From the NCBI GenBank assembly GCA_052035095.1, contig JBPOHW010000004.1, positions 23,527 to 87,526 on the forward strand: a DNA stretch of 64,000 bases, read 5' to 3'. This DNA comes from Candidatus Moraniibacteriota bacterium (GTDB taxonomy: Bacteria; Patescibacteriota; Minisyncoccia; Moranbacterales; UBA1568). The notes below the pieces were generated by a model. That model was not told the DNA's origin and made no database searches. It saw only the letters and a list, made by a program, of their open reading frames with translations. This document shows, one piece after another, positions 55,340 to 64,000 of this stretch. The stretch's first letter is position 1, and the number at the start of each line of letters is the position of its first letter. Made by a program: the position numbers and the translations under genes.

Positions 55340-57466
55340 ATGAATATTCAATCCTTATTTGAGCCGATGTCGATCGCGGTGGTGGGGGCGTCGACGGAGG
55401 TGGGGAGCGTCGGGAATGATGTCGTGAAAAATTTGGTGGAGCAGAAATTTTCCGGCGCGATTTTCCCGGTGAATCCCAAGACGAATGAGCTCTATAGTAT
55501 TCGGTGTTATCCGAATCTCGCGGCAATCGAGGGGGACGTGGAGTGCGCGGTTATCGTGGTGCCGGCGAAAATCGTGCCGCAAGTATTGCGTGAGGCGGTT
55601 CTCAAAAAAGTGAAGGCGGCTATTGTCATTTCCGCTGGGTTTGGTGAGGCGGGGAATGCCGATCTCGAAACGGAAATCGCAGAGATTGCGCGCGCTGGGG
55701 ATGTGGCGCTTCTTGGTCCCAATTGCCTCGGGGTGGTGAATCCGCACCGTTCGATGAATGCGTCTTTTGCGCGGACGCTTCCCAAGAAGGGAAATGTCGC
55801 ATTTCTCTCGCAGAGCGGCGCCCTCGGGACGGCCGTTTTGGATATGATGGGGGGATTTGGTATCGGTCTTTCAAAGTTTGTGAGCCTCGGCAATAAGGCG
55901 ATGCTTGATGAGTCGGCGCTTCTTGAGTATTTCGCGCGCGACAAGAAAACCAAAGTGATCGCGATCTACGCCGAAGATCTTCGGAATCCCGACCGTATCA
56001 AAAAAGCAGCGAAAGAGATGGCGACTGCCAAGAAGTCGAAGCCGATCATTATCCTCAAGTCAGGGAAGACGGCGGCGGGAGCGGCGGCGCTTGCCTCGCA
56101 TACGGGGTCACTCGCTGGGAATGACGCGAGCTACGAGGCGCTTTTTGAAGAGGCGGGAATTATGCGTGCCGAGACATCGGAAGAGTTGTTTCTGCTCGCT
56201 CGCGCGTTTTCGCTCTCGCCGCTTCCCGCGGGAAGGAATCTCGCGATTGTGACCAATGCCGGCGGTCCGGGGGTACTGTCGGCGGACGTGGCGATTGGCG
56301 CGGGACTCGGGCTCTCGCCGCTCTCCGATGCGACCGCGAGTGAACTTCGAGCGTTTCTTCCGAGTGCCGCGAGCGTCAAAAATCCGATCGATATTTTGGG
56401 TGATGCTAAGAGTGATCGGTATGCTCGGGCGCTCGATCTCGTGCTTGCCGATCCATCTGTGCATATGGTGCTCGCGGTTCTCACGCCGCAATCGATGACG
56501 GATGTTGAAACGATAGCCGAGAAAATTTCCGAGAGCGTTGAAAAATCAGGCAAGCCCGTCGTTGCCGTGTTTATGGGCGGGAAGCTTGTTGCGGGCGGTT
56601 TGAAAATGCTTCTCAAAAAGAAAATAGCGGTCGCGAATTTTCCCGAAGACGGGATTCGAATGCTTGCGGCGCTTGCGGATTTTGCCGAGTCGAGAGAAAA
56701 AGAAGTCGTAATGAAGTATTCTTACAAAACGCTTCCCGCGCCGGAAAAGAATGATATTGAAAGAGCGAAAGAAATTTTCCAAGTAGTGAAATCGTCGGGA
56801 CGGAATCTTTTGTCGCCCATTGAAACACTCGATCTTTTTGTGGCGTACGGGTTTCCGATTCCAAAATACGCAAAAGCCACGACTTCGGAAGAAGCGGCTC
56901 GCGCGGCGCGCGACATTGCGGGACCCTGCGTGATAAAAATTCTCTCGAACGATATCACGCACAAGAGCGATGCCGGCGGCATTCTCCTCAATGTTGCGCC
57001 GGAACGCGCCGGAGAAGCCTTTGAAAGAGTGCTGGAGCGGGTGAAACTCTCGGCGCCCGAGGCACGGATTGACGGCGCGCTCCTGATGGAGATGGCGCCA
57101 AAGGGCGGGATCGAGCTTATCGCGGGAAGTTTCCGCGATCCCAATCTGGGGCAGACGGTGATGCTGGGGAGTGGCGGGATTTATGTGGAAATTTTGAAAG
57201 ATGCAGCGTTCGGGCTTTCGCCCGTCGCGAGAAGTCGTGCGGAGACGATGCTTGCGAAGCTTCGCATCTTTCCCTTGTTGAATGGCGCCAGGGGCGGCGC
57301 GAAATATGATATCGACGCGGTCGTCGAATGTGTCGGGCGTCTCTCGCAATTGCTCACTGATTTCCCCGATATTCGCGAACTCGACGTGAACCCGCTTATC
57401 GTCTACCCCGACACGCCCGAAGGCGGAGGGGTTTTGATCGTGGATGGGAGAGTGGTAGTAAATTAA
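55340..57466 (+). CDS. Acetate--CoA ligase (ADP-forming), fused alpha/beta
   Basis: SIAVVGAS, GPNCLG, SQSGALG, SHTGSLAG, TNAGGPGV, NPIDILGDA, HKSDAGG, ELDVNP. Confidence 0.93.
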   Translation: MNIQSLFEPMSIAVVGASTEVGSVGNDVVKNLVEQKFSGAIFPVNPKTNELYSIRCYPNLAAIEGDVECAVIVVPAKIVPQVLREAVLKKVKAAIVISAGFGEAGNADLETEIAEIARAGDVALLGPNCLGVVNPHRSMNASFARTLPKKGNVAFLSQSGALGTAVLDMMGGFGIGLSKFVSLGNKAMLDESALLEYFARDKKTKVIAIYAEDLRNPDRIKKAAKEMATAKKSKPIIILKSGKTAAGAAALASHTGSLAGNDASYEALFEEAGIMRAETSEELFLLARAFSLSPLPAGRNLAIVTNAGGPGVLSADVAIGAGLGLSPLSDATASELRAFLPSAASVKNPIDILGDAKSDRYARALDLVLADPSVHMVLAVLTPQSMTDVETIAEKISESVEKSGKPVVAVFMGGKLVAGGLKMLLKKKIAVANFPEDGIRMLAALADFAESREKEVVMKYSYKTLPAPEKNDIERAKEIFQVVKSSGRNLLSPIETLDLFVAYGFPIPKYAKATTSEEAARAARDIAGPCVIKILSNDITHKSDAGGILLNVAPERAGEAFERVLERVKLSAPEARIDGALLMEMAPKGGIELIAGSFRDPNLGQTVMLGSGGIYVEILKDAAFGLSPVARSRAETMLAKLRIFPLLNGARGGAKYDIDAVVECVGRLSQLLTDFPDIRELDVNPLIVYPDTPEGGGVLIVDGRVVVN

Positions 57467-57504
57467 AAATGAAAAATTAAAAATGAAAAATTCTGGAGAA
57501 GAAC

Positions 57505-58344
57505 CTATTTCTTTTCCAGGAATTTCACGCTCTTAATTTCGATATTTTCTTTGGGGTGGTCATTTGCGTCTGTGTCTGTCTTCTCGATTTTCCGGACTAC
57601 GTCCATGCCACCTCTCACTTCGCCGAAGTTGGTGTATTTGCCATCGAGGAGGGGAGTGGATTTGGCGGTCACGATGAAGAACTGCGAGCCGTTGGTGTTG
57701 GGGCCCGAGTTTGCCATGGCGACGGAGCCTTCGACGAGTTTCTTTGAATTGATTTCGTCTTCGAAGGTATAGCCGGGACCGCCAGTCCCGTCATCGCTCC
57801 AGTTGTCGTCTTTGGAATTGGGGTCGCCCGCTTGGATGATGAAGCCTTCGATCACGCGGTGGAAACGGATGCCATCGTAGAAGTCTTTCCCGGCGAGTTT
57901 GAAAAAATTGTTGACGGTTTTGGGCGCGTCGTCATTGTAAAATTTCACGGTGATGTCGCCTTTACTTGTTTTGATAACGGCGCCGTCGTATTTTTTGATA
58001 AAGGAAAGATCATCATCTTTGCCAGGTCCGGTTTCCGGTTTTTTTGCTTCGGTCGGCGCGGGGTCCGGTTGTTTTTCGATTGGCGCGGGCGTGTTTTTTT
58101 CGGTTTGCTCCCCGGCGACTTGGGGAGAAACGGGTGGTGTCGGTGGCGCAATCGCGGGTTTCTTGGCGGTCGGCGCGGCGGGTGAGGCGCTTTCCGCTTG
58201 GTCGCCTTGAATAGCGCGGGAGAGATAGCTATAATCTCCCGGCTTTCGATTTTGCACGGTCTCCTGCGCCGGCTCCTGCGAACATCCGGAAAGGGTGAGG
58301 ATGACAAAAAGAATCGGAAAAACGGAAAGAGTTTTTTTGATCAT
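57505..58344 (-). CDS. Cyclophilin-type peptidyl-prolyl isomerase, lipoprotein
   Basis: LSGC lipobox, Pro-rich linker, FHRVIEGFIIQAGDP, MANSGPNTNGSQFFI. Confidence 0.95.
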   Translation of the reverse strand: MIKKTLSVFPILFVILTLSGCSQEPAQETVQNRKPGDYSYLSRAIQGDQAESASPAAPTAKKPAIAPPTPPVSPQVAGEQTEKNTPAPIEKQPDPAPTEAKKPETGPGKDDDLSFIKKYDGAVIKTSKGDITVKFYNDDAPKTVNNFFKLAGKDFYDGIRFHRVIEGFIIQAGDPNSKDDNWSDDGTGGPGYTFEDEINSKKLVEGSVAMANSGPNTNGSQFFIVTAKSTPLLDGKYTNFGEVRGGMDVVRKIEKTDTDANDHPKENIEIKSVKFLEKK

Positions 58345-58396
58345 ATGGTTTTTAACGCGGCACTTCTATTGTACGGGAAAATATTTTCTCGCTCAA

Positions 58397-58464
58397 GGCA
58401 CGTCGCTCGCGAGCGACGTGCCAAGGCTGAATGTTCGCCACGGTCGTTCGTGCAACGACGTGGC
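58397..58464. repeat. Pair of related GC-rich palindromes
   Basis: Perfect 26-bp palindrome at 58397-58422 and imperfect relative at 58437-58464. Confidence 0.75.
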
Positions 58465-58611
58465 AAGCGAGCAGTATGCTCGGGGAACGAACTCTAGAAT
58501 TCAGGCTTCATATTGACGTTTGTTATTTTTTCTGTTTCAATCGATGCATCTCATTCCAAATGTCGCGAATGGGATATTTTCTTTAATAATTTGAAGCCTT
58601 TGGAGGTCTTC

Positions 58612-59673
58612 ATGAATATTGTGCGAGATCGGGTGATTGCGTCGTTTCTTGGAACGGCGATTGGCGATGCGCTTGGGGCGCCGATTGAGGGGCTCTCTCG
58701 GAAAGAAAGAAGGGAGTGTGGTAGAATCGAAAGCTATCGCGCCAATCCTTATCATGCGTGGAACAGTCGGTTGGGGGCAGGTCGATGGACGGATGATACG
58801 CAGTTGACGCTTGTCGTGGCAGAGTCGCTGATTGCCAGTGGCGGCACGATCAATATGGATGATATGGCGGCTCGGCATGTGGCGGCGCTTGAGGAAGCGC
58901 GAAGAGCTGATGTTGGTTGGGGTCGGACAACGACGCTTGCCGTAGATCAGCTCAAGACTGGTGTTCACTGGAGCGAGTCCGGGAAGAATCTTGGAGAAGG
59001 GTGTGGCGCGGGGAACGGCGTTGCGATGAAGATGGTTCCGATCGCAGCGATGCTTCTTGCGGACGGTACGCCAGTGAAAAAAATGAAAACTTTGTTGGAG
59101 CCGGTTCTCCAGCTAGCCTGCATGACGCATGCGACAGCGGCAGGCATTTCTGCTGGGCTGGCTCAAGCGTTAGCCATTAGACATTGCTTTTATACGGGCT
59201 TTTCTCTGTTTGACATGTACGGGGCATATCGATCGCTGTCTGAAGAAATGTTGTTTGGTCTTTTTTCGGGATATGAATTTTCCGATGAGAGGGGTCTTCC
59301 TGCCGCCGATTGGGATAGTCTTGTAATTTCTACCGATCACGACTTTATTCGCAGAACAATCCTCTTCTTTTCGCCGAGAGATATTTCCTGTGAGACTATA
59401 GCTCGAATTTTTCGAGCAAACGGGTTTCATGTGGCGGATTCCCTCCCAACGGTTCTCGCATTTTTTCTCCGCAATCCATATTCTATTGAAACACTGTACG
59501 ATGTGGTTTACTGGAGCGGGGATGCGGATTCGAATGGCGCCATGGTAGGAGCGCTTCTCGGGGCGCTCAATGGGACGAGAATTTTTCCGCAACATCTCAT
59601 TGATGGACTCTTCCAACGGGAGCGGATTGTCGATACAGCGAATCGCCTCTGTGATGTGCTCGGGATTGAATAA
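58612..59673 (+). CDS. ADP-ribosylglycohydrolase family protein
   Basis: GTAIGDALGAP, WTDDTQ, GNGVAM, MTH, GDADSNGAMVGALLGA; GGAGG RBS; terminator at ~59695-59728. Confidence 0.92.
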   Translation: MNIVRDRVIASFLGTAIGDALGAPIEGLSRKERRECGRIESYRANPYHAWNSRLGAGRWTDDTQLTLVVAESLIASGGTINMDDMAARHVAALEEARRADVGWGRTTTLAVDQLKTGVHWSESGKNLGEGCGAGNGVAMKMVPIAAMLLADGTPVKKMKTLLEPVLQLACMTHATAAGISAGLAQALAIRHCFYTGFSLFDMYGAYRSLSEEMLFGLFSGYEFSDERGLPAADWDSLVISTDHDFIRRTILFFSPRDISCETIARIFRANGFHVADSLPTVLAFFLRNPYSIETLYDVVYWSGDADSNGAMVGALLGALNGTRIFPQHLIDGLFQRERIVDTANRLCDVLGIE

Positions 59674-59795
59674 TTCCGGAGTAGTTGCAATAGTTTCCCC
59701 TGCGGCATAGAACGCGGGGGATTTTTTTATGATCGATCTGGACGGTTGATGGGGTTCGTGATATATTTCTTGGTACTTTTTGCTTTTTTGGTTGT

Positions 59796-60476
59796 ATGAA
59801 TATTGCTCGGAATGCACTGTTTCTGTCGATACTCCGCCTCGCGTGCGCGATGAGCTTTGCGTTGCTCTCGATTCGGGTATTCGTTTCCGGAGGAGGCGGG
59901 TACTTGTTTCTGCTTTGGAATTTGTTTCTCGCCGCCGTGCCGTACGCGCTTTCGACGTTGTATGAACGAGCCGCTTCCCGGTCGTCGGCGTTTTCATGGC
60001 GGGCGGGAATAGTATTCGCTCTCTGGCTTTTTTTCTTTCCCAACGCGCCGTATATCGTGACGGATTTCATTCATCTTCCGTGGGAATTTTCGAGGTCGTT
60101 TCGTTTTGCGTATGACTTCATCCTTGTTGCCGTTTTCACGTTTGCGGGACTTCTTTTTGGGATGGCGTCGCTCTTTCGGGTACACCGAACCCTCCGAAAA
60201 TTCATTGGAACCTTTTGGGCGAATGCGGGAGTGGTTTTCGTTCTTCTTCTTTCGGGCATCGGCATTTACCTCGGGCGATTTTTGCGGTGGAACAGTTGGG
60301 ATATGTTGCTGAATCCGCTCGCGGTGCTTCAGGACGCATTTTCACACTACGGCGATCCCGCGTGGTTTGCGCGCGCGGTTTTTCTCTCGATGCTTTTTGC
60401 TTTCTTTACGGGAATTTCATATGCGATTTTTCTTGTCGCGTATCGGCTTGTGCAGGGAGAACGGGCAACTGAATGA
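59796..60476 (+). CDS. DUF1361 family membrane protein
   Basis: WNLFLA..P, WLFFFPNAPYIVTDFIHL, GIYLGRFLRWNSWD. Confidence 0.9.
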   Translation: MNIARNALFLSILRLACAMSFALLSIRVFVSGGGGYLFLLWNLFLAAVPYALSTLYERAASRSSAFSWRAGIVFALWLFFFPNAPYIVTDFIHLPWEFSRSFRFAYDFILVAVFTFAGLLFGMASLFRVHRTLRKFIGTFWANAGVVFVLLLSGIGIYLGRFLRWNSWDMLLNPLAVLQDAFSHYGDPAWFARAVFLSMLFAFFTGISYAIFLVAYRLVQGERATE

Positions 60477-60489
60477 AGTATGCGTAATC

Positions 60490-60536
60490 AAAACACGTCA
60501 ACTTTGCGCGACCGCGCAAAGTTGACGTGTTTTTTT
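60490..60536. terminator. Bidirectional terminator between convergent genes
   Basis: AAAACACGTCAACTTTGCG...CGCAAAGTTGACGTGTTTT long hairpin. Confidence 0.8.
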
Positions 60537-60582
60537 GTGGCAAAAAAATTTTTCGAGAAGGGCTTGGGGGCGCTTTGGTTTT

Positions 60583-61734
60583 TTATTCCTCTTCGTCTTC
60601 CGCGAGGGTTTTTTTGACGCGGAGGGTGACGGTGGTTTTTCCGGGGGTTTTGGTTTCGGCTTCTATTTTTTTGCGCGTGTCCAGAGGAAGTGAGGCGAGC
60701 GCGTTTTTGACGAGGGTTTGATTGACCGCGAGGACGCTCTCCCATTTGCCGAGCGGTTCGAGAAGGTCGCGGAGCTTGCCGGCGTCGTAGCCGTATTTCA
60801 CCGTTCGGGCGCGCTCGATCACGCCCACATCGCCAAAGAGTCGCTCGACGTCTTCGGCGTCCATATATTCGAGTATGGTTTCCTGGAGTTTCATGAGTTT
60901 CTGTTTGTCGAGTTCGATGGCTCGCTTCACGGCGAGGTAGTCGTTCACGGCTTTTTCTTTTTCTTCGCTCGTTGCCGTGCGGAGTTCGCGGAACTTGTGT
61001 TTCCACATCGGGCAGATTTTTTGGAAGCCGCACCAGTCGCAGAGGGGATTGACGCGTGGTTCGAAATGTCCGGCTTCGATGTCCGCTATCGTTTCGAGAA
61101 AGAGGTCGTCCACTTTTCGCAGGTCTTCCGAGGTTCTCGTTGAGGAGAGCTTCACGCCGTGCTTGAGGAAATAGAGGCTCACGGTGAGATTCTCGAGGCG
61201 CTCAGATTCTTTGGGATAGCGGGCGAGGAAGGCTTTGGCGTAGACGGAGAGCTGGAGATTGTGATCGACATCCGCTTGCGAGGGGAGTTTTCTCCCGGTT
61301 TTGTAGTCGATGATTTCGTAGCCGGTCGGTGTTTTGTCGATGCGGTCGATGATGCCCTTCACGGTATGGGTCGTACCGGTTGCGTCCGCGATTTCTATTT
61401 GAAACGGACTTTCGAGCGCCACGATGGTGAAGTCTTTGGGATTGTTTTTCTCCACATAGCGACGGATCATATCGACGCCGGCGGAGAAGGCGGCGCGTTC
61501 TTCGTCGGGGTTGTCATAGACGGCGTCGTTCCAGTTTTTGGAGAAATGATTGAGCGCGTCTTCGAGCGTGGGCGGGAGGAGCGCCGGCTCATGAATGAAT
61601 TTCAAGGTCGAATGAACAAGCGTGCCGAAGACGGCCTCTTTGGATTTCGGTTCTTTCAATCGATCGATTTCCTTGAACTTGTATTTCAAGGGACATGTCT
61701 GGTAGGTGCCGAGGGTGGAGTAGGAGAGACGCAT
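60583..61734 (-). CDS. PD-(D/E)XK nuclease (RecB/AddB-like, Fe-S staple) with C-terminal extension
   Basis: LSYS...CPLKY, GTLVH, GIIDRID, IIDYKTG, QLSVY, CDWCGFQKIC. Confidence 0.9.
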   Translation of the reverse strand: MRLSYSTLGTYQTCPLKYKFKEIDRLKEPKSKEAVFGTLVHSTLKFIHEPALLPPTLEDALNHFSKNWNDAVYDNPDEERAAFSAGVDMIRRYVEKNNPKDFTIVALESPFQIEIADATGTTHTVKGIIDRIDKTPTGYEIIDYKTGRKLPSQADVDHNLQLSVYAKAFLARYPKESERLENLTVSLYFLKHGVKLSSTRTSEDLRKVDDLFLETIADIEAGHFEPRVNPLCDWCGFQKICPMWKHKFRELRTATSEEKEKAVNDYLAVKRAIELDKQKLMKLQETILEYMDAEDVERLFGDVGVIERARTVKYGYDAGKLRDLLEPLGKWESVLAVNQTLVKNALASLPLDTRKKIEAETKTPGKTTVTLRVKKTLAEDEEE

Positions 61735-61892
61735 AATGTATTCGAAAAATTTCAAATTCAAAATTTCAAGCTCCAAATAGAGAACAAATTCCAAATCTTA
61801 AGTCCGAGACTACTGTAGCAGGAAAAAAAGAAAAGAAAAAACCAGCCTGCTGTGTGGGCGAGGCTGGATATCGTGACGGCGCTTTTCTAGGC

Positions 61893-62297
61893 TTATCTTC
61901 TCAGGAGTATCTGCTGGGTTCCTAATTCCCCTTGAATTTCATATGTTTTCCAGAGAAGAAGCCACGCAGCTTGATACCAGACCACTTTGTCAACCGGGTA
62001 AACTTGGTTGATCTGGCCAACATGGATTCGCATAAGCTCCATTGCTATTCCGAGTTGAGAATTTGCTTCCGGATCCACGAAGGATAGGAGGTTAATAAGT
62101 GTTTCCTGTATGAAAGCTAGAATCGGTTTTTCCGGTTCCCCGTGAAGCTCCTTACGCGTTTCCTCGTAAGTGGCAATTATTTGGAAACAGTTTCTCACTC
62201 TCATCTTAAGATTTCTTTCCCTATCGTCCCTTTCGGGAAGGTCGTTTAGCTCACTTGTGCGAATGGAAGTGGATGTGTGTATTGTCTTTGCCTGCAT
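61893..62297 (-). CDS. Orphan hypothetical protein
   Basis: TTGACA-N17-TACTCT (62336-62364, minus), GGAG RBS, terminator at ~61842-61868. Confidence 0.6.
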   Translation of the reverse strand: MQAKTIHTSTSIRTSELNDLPERDDRERNLKMRVRNCFQIIATYEETRKELHGEPEKPILAFIQETLINLLSFVDPEANSQLGIAMELMRIHVGQINQVYPVDKVVWYQAAWLLLWKTYEIQGELGTQQILLRR

Positions 62298-62357
62298 CGC
62301 TACTCTCCGGGTTGTGAAAAAACTGATTTCCTGCTAGAGTAGCAAGAAATTCAAATT

Positions 62358-64000
62358 ATGTCAAGAGAAAACAACGCCTTTCATCTTGTGGCACCATATA
62401 ATCCGGCGGGGGATCAGCCGAAGGCGATTGAGGCGCTTGTTTCGGGATTGGAAGTGGGGATGGATCGACAGACACTCCTCGGAGTGACCGGCTCGGGGAA
62501 GACGTTCACGATGGCGAATGTTATCCAACAGATCGGCAAACCGACCTTGGTGATCGCGCACAATAAAACTTTGGCGGCGCAGCTCGCGCAGGAGTATCAG
62601 AGCTTTTTCCCCGAGGCGGCGGTACACTACTTCGTCTCCTACTATGACTTCTATCAGCCGGAGGCGTATATTCCCGCAAGCGATACGTATATCGAGAAAG
62701 ACTCTGCGATCAATGTCGAGATCGAGCGATTGCGGCACGCTTCGACGCAGGCGCTCCTTACACGGCGCGACGTGATCATTGTGGCGTCGGTCTCGTGCAT
62801 CTATGGTTTGGGGTCGCCCGAGGAATATGAGCGCGAGAATCTCCGTGTCGAAGTCGGGATGAAAATCTCGCGCTGGGAATTGTTGCGCGCGCTCGTTGAT
62901 CGCCACTTCGAGCGGACCAATGTCGACCTCACGCCTGGGCAATTTCGCGCGATGGGGAATCGGGTCGAGGTGATGCCGGTACAGGAAAAAACGATCTACG
63001 CGATCGAACTCGCGCATGATGGTATCGAGCGAATTCGGAAAATAGATCCGGTGTCGCAGACCATTCTCGATGAGCCGAAGACATTTTTTCTTTTCCCGGC
63101 AAAGCACTTCGTGACGACCGAAGAGGATCAGAAGCGCGCGCTCCTTTCCATTCGTCTCGAACTCGAAGAGCAGCTGAAAACATTGAATGCCGCGGGGAAA
63201 CTTCTCGAAGCCGAGCGGCTCAAGCGTCGGACGAATTATGACCTCGCGATGATCGAGGAAATTGGCTATACCAACGGCATCGAAAATTATTCGCGCCACC
63301 TCTCGGGGAAAGCGTCCGGCGAGCCGCCCGAGACGCTTCTTTCATATTTCCCAAAAACCCATGACGGGAAGCCGGATTTTTTGACGATTATCGACGAGTC
63401 GCACGTGACGCTCCCGCAACTTCGCGGGATGTACGCGGGCGACCAGTCGCGTAAGCGAACGCTCGTCGAGCACGGCTTTCGATTGCCATCCGCTTTGGAC
63501 AACCGTCCGCTTCGAGGCGAAGAATTTGCGGCGCGTGTGGGGCAGATGATTTTTACGTCCGCGACCCCGGGCGAGGAGGAACGGAAAACGAGTGGTAAAA
63601 TTGTCGAGCAAGTGATTCGCCCGACGGGACTGGTGGATCCGCTCCTTACGATTCGCCCCGTTCGCGCCGATGGAGAATATCTCGGGCAAATTCAAGATTT
63701 TATCACCGAAGCCGAAAAAGAAATTGCGCAAGGCGGACGTGTTATCGCGACAACGCTGACCAAGAAAATGGCGGAAGATCTCTCGACATTTCTCAAAGAA
63801 AAAAACATCAAAGCCGAATATCTTCACAGCGATGTGAAAACGATCGATCGGATTCGAATTCTCACCAATTTTCGCAAAGGAAATTTCGACTGTTTGGTAG
63901 GTGTGAACCTCCTGCGCGAGGGACTCGATCTCCCGGAAGTGACGTTTATCGGAGTGCTCGATGCCGACAAGGAGGGCTTTCTCCGTTCCGAAACCTCGCT
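62358..64000 (+). CDS. uvrB: Excinuclease ABC subunit B (3' partial; missing from the ORF track because there is no stop in the window)
   Basis: Manual translation: PAGDQPKAI...LLGVTGSGKTFTMA, AHNKTLAAQL, YFVSYYDFYQPEAY, IDESH, NLLREGLDLPEV. Confidence 0.97.
   Translation, partial: MSRENNAFHLVAPYNPAGDQPKAIEALVSGLEVGMDRQTLLGVTGSGKTFTMANVIQQIGKPTLVIAHNKTLAAQLAQEYQSFFPEAAVHYFVSYYDFYQPEAYIPASDTYIEKDSAINVEIERLRHASTQALLTRRDVIIVASVSCIYGLGSPEEYERENLRVEVGMKISRWELLRALVDRHFERTNVDLTPGQFRAMGNRVEVMPVQEKTIYAIELAHDGIERIRKIDPVSQTILDEPKTFFLFPAKHFVTTEEDQKRALLSIRLELEEQLKTLNAAGKLLEAERLKRRTNYDLAMIEEIGYTNGIENYSRHLSGKASGEPPETLLSYFPKTHDGKPDFLTIIDESHVTLPQLRGMYAGDQSRKRTLVEHGFRLPSALDNRPLRGEEFAARVGQMIFTSATPGEEERKTSGKIVEQVIRPTGLVDPLLTIRPVRADGEYLGQIQDFITEAEKEIAQGGRVIATTLTKKMAEDLSTFLKEKNIKAEYLHSDVKTIDRIRILTNFRKGNFDCLVGVNLLREGLDLPEVTFIGVLDADKEGFLRSETS

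Noticed and set aside
60583-61734. Cas4/CRISPR adaptation gene
   Set aside because: Generic RecB-like PD-(D/E)XK nuclease with no cas1/cas2 or array.
1-64000. Alternative genetic code (UGA=Gly)
   Set aside because: Long genes are intact under code 11 and TGA serves as a normal stop.

Overview
64-kb chromosomal segment of a bacterium using the standard genetic code. Gene content and style (alpha2-type GlyRS, short TsaB-like protein, ADP-forming acetate-CoA ligase, class III RNR, giant secreted repeat protein, many orphans) suggest Patescibacteria/Parcubacteria; this is an inference. Order: glycosylation cluster (1-10.3 kb), nth, a ~2,100-aa surface protein with a MacB-type ABC transporter and a split two-component system (11-24.5 kb), typA, O-antigen-ligase-like gene, RND pump, low-GC KAP NTPase, then housekeeping genes (glyQS, M16 peptidase, rsmI, metG, tatD, nrdDG, acetate-CoA ligase, cyclophilin, PD-(D/E)XK nuclease, partial uvrB). 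I saw no rRNA, tRNA, CRISPR array, transposase or integrase. The most striking feature is non-coding: a ~720-nt, densely base-paired region (37884-38602, minus strand) with no annotated ORF on that strand, a candidate promoter, a terminator and a copy of the 23S rRNA helix-13 motif, which is a candidate new large ncRNA. The window also holds several families of covarying palindromic elements, an in-frame REP doublet inside a gene and pervasive 7-nt tandem repeats. All calls come from reading the sequence by eye; no searches or folding programs were run.
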